Shown in pieces: positions 17,494 through 22,956 of a stretch of DNA of 22,956 nt. Numbering within the stretch: position 1 is the stretch's first letter; each line of letters opens with the position of its first letter. The notes beneath the pieces were generated by a model. That model searched no databases, was not told the DNA's origin, and was given only the letters and a program-made list of their open reading frames with translations. The translations under genes were made by a program, and so were the position numbers. Source of the DNA: a bacterium (GTDB lineage: Bacteria; Sysuimicrobiota; Sysuimicrobiia; Sysuimicrobiales; Humicultoraceae); NCBI GenBank assembly GCA_041497675.1, contig JBGQGY010000050.1:1-22956 (forward strand), written 5' to 3'.

Positions 17494-18408
17494 ATGGCTG
17501 ACGCCGCGGTATTGCGCAGACCGAAGGATGCAGCGGGGCGGCCGGCGACGCTGGCCGGCATGGCCTGGACCCGCTTCCAGCGACACCGCATGGCGTCGTT
17601 CAGCCTGAAGTTCGTCGTGCTCTTGGCGCTGGCGTGCGCATTCGCGCCCTGGTTGTCGGCGCACGACCCGGCGAAACCGGTGCTGAGCCTGCAGTTGCGG
17701 CCACCGTCGGTCTCCCATCCGCTTGGGACCGACGACCTGGGGCGTGACCTGCTCACGCGGATCCTTTACGGCGGGCGCGTCTCGATGAGCATCGGGGTGC
17801 TGGCCATGAGCCTGGCGGTCGTAATCGGGACGACCATCGGAGCACTGGCCGGCTACTACGGCGGCTGGACGGATAATTTATTGATGCGTCTCACCGACCT
17901 GGTGCTGTCGATCCCGACGCTGTTCCTCCTGATCCTGCTCATGCTGCTCCTGCGCAGTTTCCCGATCCCGTTCCTGCAGGGCGGCGTGATGGCGATCGTG
18001 ATGACCATCGCGCTGCTTTCGTGGATGACCGTGGCCCGGCTCGTGCGCGCCTCGTATCTGTCGCTGAAGGCGCAGGTGTACGTCGAAGCGGCCCGGGCGC
18101 TGGGGGCGAGCCACGCGCGCATCATCGTCCGGCACATCTTGCCAAACGCGGTGAGCGTCATTATCGTGGCGGCGACGCTGCGCGTCGCCAGCTCAATTAT
18201 CACCGAGTCCGGGTTGAGTTTTCTGGGGTTTGGCGTGCAGCCGCCGACACCGACCTGGGGGAACATGCTGAAGAACGCGCAGGATCAGATGATCACCGCG
18301 CCATGGACGGCGATCTTTCCCGGCGTGTTCATCTTTGTTACGGTGATTGCGATCAACTACATCGGGGACGGCCTGCGGGACGCCCTCGATCCCCGGCACG
18401 TGCGATAG
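17494..18408 (+). CDS. Peptide ABC transporter permease (DppC/OppC family)
   Basis: HPLGTDDLGRDLLTR, YVEAARALGAS, RHILPN, LSFLGFGVQPPTPTWG and GDGLRDALDPR. Confidence 0.95.
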   Translation: MADAAVLRRPKDAAGRPATLAGMAWTRFQRHRMASFSLKFVVLLALACAFAPWLSAHDPAKPVLSLQLRPPSVSHPLGTDDLGRDLLTRILYGGRVSMSIGVLAMSLAVVIGTTIGALAGYYGGWTDNLLMRLTDLVLSIPTLFLLILLMLLLRSFPIPFLQGGVMAIVMTIALLSWMTVARLVRASYLSLKAQVYVEAARALGASHARIIVRHILPNAVSVIIVAATLRVASSIITESGLSFLGFGVQPPTPTWGNMLKNAQDQMITAPWTAIFPGVFIFVTVIAINYIGDGLRDALDPRHVR

Positions 18409-18465
18409 GCGGGCGGAGGCGGCACCGCTCGTCTACTACCGCTCAACTTTGGGTATACCCTAAGT

Positions 18466-18555
18466 GAACCTCCGATAACGGCAAACCCGCCGCGAGGCGG
18501 GGACGCAAAGCCACAGAACCCCCCCGGGGTTGGCTGGGTTGCCGAAGAGGGTTTC
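18466..18555 (+). ncRNA. Cyclic di-GMP-I (GEMM) riboswitch aptamer
   Basis: Matches the class I consensus: GGCAAA-CCCGCC-GCGA(GNRA loop)-GGCGGG-GACGCAAAGCC, a P3 hairpin (CAG..AACCCC/GGGGTT..CTG), 3' GGGTTGCCGA and closing P1 CCTC/GAGG. It is intergenic, in sense orientation, and 5' of an ORF. Confidence 0.92.
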
Positions 18556-18621
18556 GTGTTTAATGCGAGGCCCTTAGTCGTGCTGGTGCGGCCGCTCGCG
18601 CGGCTGCTGGAGGGCAAGGCG

Positions 18622-18837
18622 ATGGCGGTTGCGCCCCCCATCAAAGTGCAGCGCGTCGTTCAGACGCAGCGTACCGCGCGTTTGTCAGAGGAGTCGAACG
18701 CGGCCGACGACCCGGGGACGGCGCCAACACTCCAGGCGTTCCTGGAACACAACGGGCTCGTCGGCTGGATGGATAGCGACGAGGGACGATGTTATCTGCT
18801 GCACGTCTGCATGCTCCGGGGACGCGCCGCCGCGTGA
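18622..18837 (+). CDS. Small hypothetical protein (71 aa; 93 aa if started at GTG 18556) downstream of the c-di-GMP riboswitch
   Basis: ATG 18622 has GGAGG 8 nt upstream. It is the only sense ORF that fits between the riboswitch and the glycosylase without overlap. No recognisable domain. Confidence 0.6.
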   Translation: MAVAPPIKVQRVVQTQRTARLSEESNAADDPGTAPTLQAFLEHNGLVGWMDSDEGRCYLLHVCMLRGRAAA

Positions 18838-18885
18838 CCGGCTAGGCGGAGGTGTCTGCTCGGGACGCCTCGAACCCGCCGCCCA

Positions 18886-19803
18886 ATGCCCGAGCTCCCC
18901 GACATCACCATCTATCTTGAAGCCCTCCAGCGATTCGTGGTGGGGCAGCGGCTCGAAGCGATCCGTCTGGTCGGTCCCTCTGTGCTGCGGACCGTCGATC
19001 CGCCGCTGTCGGAGGCACAGGGCAAGACCGTGTTGGGCGTCCGGCGCATCGGTAAGCGCATCGTCTTCGGTCTGGAAGGCGACCTGTTTCTCGTCGTCCA
19101 CTTGATGATCGCCGGGCGGTTCCACTGGCACCACCGCGGCGCCCGCGTCCAGGGCAAGGTCGGTCATGCCGCGTTCGACTTTCCCAACGGTACACTCATG
19201 TTGACCGAGGCGAGCACCAAGAAGCGGGCGTCGATACACCTGGTGCGCGGGGAAGACGGCCTGCGTCAGTTCGGGCAGGACGGAATCGAGCCACTCGAGG
19301 TCGACCTGTCGGTCTTCAAGGAGGCGCTGACGCGCGAGAATCACACGCTGAAGCGCGCGCTCACCGACCCCGGTCTCTTCAGCGGCATCGGGAACGCGTA
19401 CTCGGACGAGATCCTCCACCGCGCACGCCTGTCACCGATCAAATTGACGCGCCGCCTCGACGACGACGAGGTGGCGCGTCTGTGTCAAGCGACGCGCGCC
19501 ACGCTCACCGAGTGGATCGCCCGCCTGCGCGCCGAGACGCGGGACGGGTTTCCCGAGCGCGTGACGGCGTTCCGAAAGGACATGGCGGTCCACGGGCATT
19601 ATCGCCGGCCCTGCCCGGTATGCGGGACCCCGGTTCAGCGGATCGTCTATGCGGAGAACGAGTGCAACTATTGCCCGACCTGCCAGACGGGCGGGCGGCT
19701 GCTGGCCGACCGGGCGCTCTCGCGCCTGCTGGGCGAGACGCGCCCCAAGACCCTCGAAGAGCTCCAGAGGGTCAAGACCCGATACCGGAACCGCACTGAC
19801 TAG
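18886..19803 (+). CDS. Fpg/Nei family DNA glycosylase/AP lyase (Fpg2-like subfamily)
   Basis: N-terminal MPELPD (catalytic Pro2/Glu3), RIGKR, HLMIAG, H2TH motif FSGIGNAYSDEILH, and zinc finger CPVC...CPTCQ. Confidence 0.92.
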   Translation: MPELPDITIYLEALQRFVVGQRLEAIRLVGPSVLRTVDPPLSEAQGKTVLGVRRIGKRIVFGLEGDLFLVVHLMIAGRFHWHHRGARVQGKVGHAAFDFPNGTLMLTEASTKKRASIHLVRGEDGLRQFGQDGIEPLEVDLSVFKEALTRENHTLKRALTDPGLFSGIGNAYSDEILHRARLSPIKLTRRLDDDEVARLCQATRATLTEWIARLRAETRDGFPERVTAFRKDMAVHGHYRRPCPVCGTPVQRIVYAENECNYCPTCQTGGRLLADRALSRLLGETRPKTLEELQRVKTRYRNRTD

Positions 19804-20519
19804 GTTCCTGACAGCAGATCAGCCAGCCACGCCGGCAGCGGCGACATGGCCCGGAAGTGCCCGAAGCAGAAGACCGGACATCCTGACGAATACAGCTCGG
19901 CCGGGACGGGGCGCAGCGTGATCCCGACATAGAGCCCGTTGTGGAGCAACAGCGGCACCCGCGGATCGGACGGATCGACGCCCCGCGGCGGCCGCTTGAA
20001 GTACTGCCCCCCGAGTTCATAGGTGCCCGCGGCCAGTATCTTACGCACCGCGCGCTGCAGACGCGCGCCACGCCGCGAGTCGAGCACGGCCCGCCGGTAG
20101 CGCTCGAGCACGGACTTCTCGAACATATGCATCCCGGCGCCCAGCATCAGGCTCTTCGTGGTGAGCCTGAAGAAGTAGCCTGGGTGCTCGGCGTCCGAAT
20201 CATCCCCCTGCCAGAACCATAGATCCAGGTGGTCCTTGTATGGACGCTTGTCGCGCGAGAACCGGATATCGCGGTTCATGCGGCGAATCGACGCGTTGAT
20301 TTTCGGTTCAGCGTGGATGTCCGGTGAGAGGCGGCGCAGCAGGCGACCCATGGCCACGACGAAGGTCTGCGCGGGTTCGAGGAGTGATTTCTGGTAATCC
20401 TCGCGGTGCTGTTCAAACCACGCCCGGTCGTTGTTGCGTTCGAGACCCTGCAAGAAGCGGAGGGCTTCCCGCGGAAACCCCTGGAAGCCCCCGGTCGCCG
20501 TCGTTGCCCGCTGCTTCAC
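19800..20519 (-). CDS. DUF2461 domain protein (TIGR02453-like)
   Basis: FLQGLERNNDRAWFEQHREDY, RMNRDIRFSRDKRPYK and FKRPPRG are the family hallmarks. GTG 20519 follows GGGGGTG; an alternative start is TTG 20534. Confidence 0.88.
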   Translation of the reverse strand: MKQRATTATGGFQGFPREALRFLQGLERNNDRAWFEQHREDYQKSLLEPAQTFVVAMGRLLRRLSPDIHAEPKINASIRRMNRDIRFSRDKRPYKDHLDLWFWQGDDSDAEHPGYFFRLTTKSLMLGAGMHMFEKSVLERYRRAVLDSRRGARLQRAVRKILAAGTYELGGQYFKRPPRGVDPSDPRVPLLLHNGLYVGITLRPVPAELYSSGCPVFCFGHFRAMSPLPAWLADLLSGT

Positions 20520-20573
20520 GCCCCGCACCCCCAAGACGATTGCTATCTTGTCTATCGGACGGCGCCGGTGGTT

Positions 20574-22253
20574 TTACAGAGGGTCCTTCGCCTGCATGGC
20601 TTTGGCGACCAGAGAGACCGGCACGGACCCATGCGAGAGGAACGTGTCGTGGAACCGGCGCAGATCGAAACCAGGCGTACTCGCCGTCAGATCACGCCGC
20701 AGTCGGTGGATCTGCTCCGTCCCCGTGAGGTACATCAGCGCGGTCGCGGGGAAGAGGCTGTTCTTCACGGCCTCGGAGTGCGCGGCATCGGCGGACATGC
20801 CCACACGCTCCCGATAGCACGCCGCCGCCTGATCAAGCGTCCACGCGTCCTGGTGCAGCCGGACATCGACGAGCGCGCGCGTGGCCATCCGCAGCTTCGT
20901 GTGGGCCTGCGAGAGGCGTTCGAGCGGCTCGAGGAACCCGACCTCGTCCATCAGATCGGTGGCATAGCAGGCCCAGCCCTCCGCCATGGTGCCGCCGCAG
21001 AACATCGCAATGCGGGTGGCACAGTCGACGGCGGCCATCCGGCCAACGCGGGATTCGGCGCGATGATACGCGTTCCAGTTCTGGACGTGGTGACCCAACC
21101 CGCCATGGTGGACGACGTGGTTCAATTTGATCACGCTATCGTTGGTCGCGCGCAGCCGACGTCGCTGCTCCTCAGGCGGCATGCCCGGCTCGATGGGCGT
21201 CACGAGATAGTCGACGATCGGCACGCGGTCGAACGCCGCAGGCGCGCGGTAGAAGAGGAAGTAGAGGGACGGCGCCGCCCCTCGGGCCCAGGCGGGCTGT
21301 GGGACGTAGCGGATGGGATACTCCGGCCAGGTCACGAGACGGTGCGTTTTCGCCGCCGCACGCGCCGCCTGCCAGATCTCGTCGTAGCGCGTGTAGTAAC
21401 GTTCGGGCGCCGGGTGGCGGTCGGCGAGCCCCGCCAGTGCCTCGCGCCACGAGGCGGCACCGAGTTGGGAGGCGGATTCCTGTAGGCGTGTTTCGGCGGC
21501 CGCCATGCGCTCTTCCGCCCACGCTGAGATCTCACCCGCGGGCATGTCGATGAAGTGACCGCGGCGGATGTACAGGTCGAGGGCCGCATCGCCGCAGGCG
21601 TAGGCGTCGGTGGCCCGCGCCGGCAGGTCGTCTTTGAGATAGGCGCGGAACTCGCGGAACGCGTTGGCGGCCACACCGGCCGCCGCGCGGAACCGCGGAT
21701 TCCGCACGCCGTCGTCGCGGATCAGGATCTCCGCGCCGTCCTCGAAGAACGCGAGCGCGCCGTTGCACTCGCGGCTGGCACGCTCGATCCACGCGCGCGG
21801 CGCAGTGGTGATCGTCTGCGTAGCCTGCCCGAGGAACGCGGGGATCGCCATCATGCGTTCAACGGCTGCATCGACCCGGGCGGCGAGCGGCGCAAACGGG
21901 CGGAGGAAGAGGGCGATCACCCCGAAGATGGCCTCCCCTGTATATACGCAGGGGTTGTGTCGATAAGAGTGTGTGGAGGTGATCTCCCACTGTTGGATGT
22001 CGAGGAAGCCTTCAATCAGTGTCCGGTCTAGCGCCTCTGCCTTGGTCAGCGGCTCGGGAGGAAGACCGCGGAAGCGCGCCCTGAGGGCGTCCAGCCCCGA
22101 GACCGCCTCGGCGACGCCGCGTTCGGAGAGGTCCGGCAGGCGGTGGTCATGCTCGTGGACACCGATGAACGTCGCGTTGACCGGGTTCGCGCGATAGTAC
22201 CACGCGAAGAACGCCTCGAGGGCGGCCGAGAAGGCCGATGCGGGAGTGCCCAC
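20574..22253 (-). CDS. DUF885 family protein (putative metallopeptidase-like)
   Basis: NPVNATFIGVHEHDHRLPDLS, GHHVQ, AEGWACYA, RALVDVRLH, YLTG, FDLRRFHDTFLSHGSVP. It starts 2 bp after the upstream gene's stop. Confidence 0.88.
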   Translation of the reverse strand: MGTPASAFSAALEAFFAWYYRANPVNATFIGVHEHDHRLPDLSERGVAEAVSGLDALRARFRGLPPEPLTKAEALDRTLIEGFLDIQQWEITSTHSYRHNPCVYTGEAIFGVIALFLRPFAPLAARVDAAVERMMAIPAFLGQATQTITTAPRAWIERASRECNGALAFFEDGAEILIRDDGVRNPRFRAAAGVAANAFREFRAYLKDDLPARATDAYACGDAALDLYIRRGHFIDMPAGEISAWAEERMAAAETRLQESASQLGAASWREALAGLADRHPAPERYYTRYDEIWQAARAAAKTHRLVTWPEYPIRYVPQPAWARGAAPSLYFLFYRAPAAFDRVPIVDYLVTPIEPGMPPEEQRRRLRATNDSVIKLNHVVHHGGLGHHVQNWNAYHRAESRVGRMAAVDCATRIAMFCGGTMAEGWACYATDLMDEVGFLEPLERLSQAHTKLRMATRALVDVRLHQDAWTLDQAAACYRERVGMSADAAHSEAVKNSLFPATALMYLTGTEQIHRLRRDLTASTPGFDLRRFHDTFLSHGSVPVSLVAKAMQAKDPL

Positions 22254-22255
22254 GC

Positions 22256-22956
22256 CTACCGGTGCGCCGCCAGCCGCGCCTCACGGTCCAGCGGCAGGTC
22301 GACCCATCGTCGCTCGTGATGCGACCGCTCGACCGCATTGATGACTTCCTGCACCCTGGCGCCGTCCTCGAAGTTGCCCTGGTTCTGCGGGCTGTCTCCG
22401 AGGATCTCGTCGACAAAGTCCTTGATCAGATTCGCGTAGAAGAGCGTTCGCCACAGTTCACGGGGGTGACCGCCGGCGGGATAGAAACGCTGGGGGATGT
22501 CGACCTGCTTGAACTCCACGTCGTCGGGCGTGGCCAGCTTGATTGTCTCGGCCACGCCGGACTCCTCCACGAGCCGGCAGATAATGGCGCCCTGGCTACC
22601 GTAGATTCGCGCTTCCGTACCCGGGAAGTTGCCGATGGTGACGAAGGACGTCTGGATAGAGCCGATCGCGCCGTTCGCGTACTCGACGAGGTGGATATCG
22701 CCATCATCGATGTTCATCCGCATCATCCGTCCGGTGGCGCGCACCACGCGGTCGGGGATGAAGTTCTTCATCGTCCCGACGCATCGCGTGTAGCCGGCCC
22801 CGACCCACCACATGCCGATGTCGATAATGGGCGCGCCGTACCCCTCGAGCGATTGAGTATGGAGCACTGATGGGTCGGCCGTCGGGTCCACCTGGCGGAG
22901 TGGGGTCTGCGGGTCGAGCCACTGCGCGTTCTGCTCGTAGCCGTTGAAGATGAAGG
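22256..22956 (-). CDS. Gfo/Idh/MocA family oxidoreductase, C-terminal part (5'-truncated by the window edge)
   Basis: The frame is open to the window end (FIFNGYEQNAQWLDPQ...). NIDD, VEYANGAIGSIQTS, EARIYGSQGAI and NFEDGARVQEVINAVERS...WV match the family C-terminal domain. Confidence 0.85.
   Translation of the reverse strand, partial: FIFNGYEQNAQWLDPQTPLRQVDPTADPSVLHTQSLEGYGAPIIDIGMWWVGAGYTRCVGTMKNFIPDRVVRATGRMMRMNIDDGDIHLVEYANGAIGSIQTSFVTIGNFPGTEARIYGSQGAIICRLVEESGVAETIKLATPDDVEFKQVDIPQRFYPAGGHPRELWRTLFYANLIKDFVDEILGDSPQNQGNFEDGARVQEVINAVERSHHERRWVDLPLDREARLAAHR

Noticed and set aside
18409..18432. Intrinsic terminator after the second ABC operon
   Set aside because: Only a G-U-containing hairpin (GCGGGCGG/CCGCTCGT) with no U-tract; too weak to call.
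18466..18555. 3',3'-cGAMP-sensing (GEMM-Ib) variant
   Set aside because: The specificity position is G (C-G-G-C-AAA), not the A seen in Geobacter cGAMP aptamers.
1..22956. Mobile element, prophage, CRISPR array, defence system, tRNA or rRNA
   Set aside because: I saw no transposase, integrase, cas or phage motifs, no spaced direct repeats and no obvious compositional shift, and the intergenic gaps are too short.

Overview
GC-rich bacterial chromosomal window, densely coding, with 21 supportable CDSs (two cut by the window edges) and no mobile element, CRISPR array, tRNA or rRNA. From left to right it holds: a deoC plus aldehyde dehydrogenase pair (-), an atypical SDR, a prolidase-like amidohydrolase, an Opp/Dpp-type ABC module (Tat-exported binding protein and two permeases, no ATPase), a secreted FxLYD-like protein, a PanE-like reductase coupled to a second amidohydrolase, an extradiol (catechol 2,3-type) dioxygenase, an EamA transporter, an anchor-less CapA-family metallophosphoesterase heading a second ATPase-less Opp/Dpp module, a c-di-GMP-I (GEMM) riboswitch in front of a small unknown ORF and an Fpg/Nei-family glycosylase, then DUF2461, DUF885 and a Gfo/Idh/MocA oxidoreductase (-). 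The best lead is the riboswitch, small ORF and glycosylase unit at 18.45-19.8 kb. Secondary leads are several enzymes whose canonical catalytic motifs are substituted, two orphan ABC modules each paired with a hydrolase, and extended -10 motifs suggesting leaderless transcripts. All family calls come from motif recognition by eye; no database search was run.
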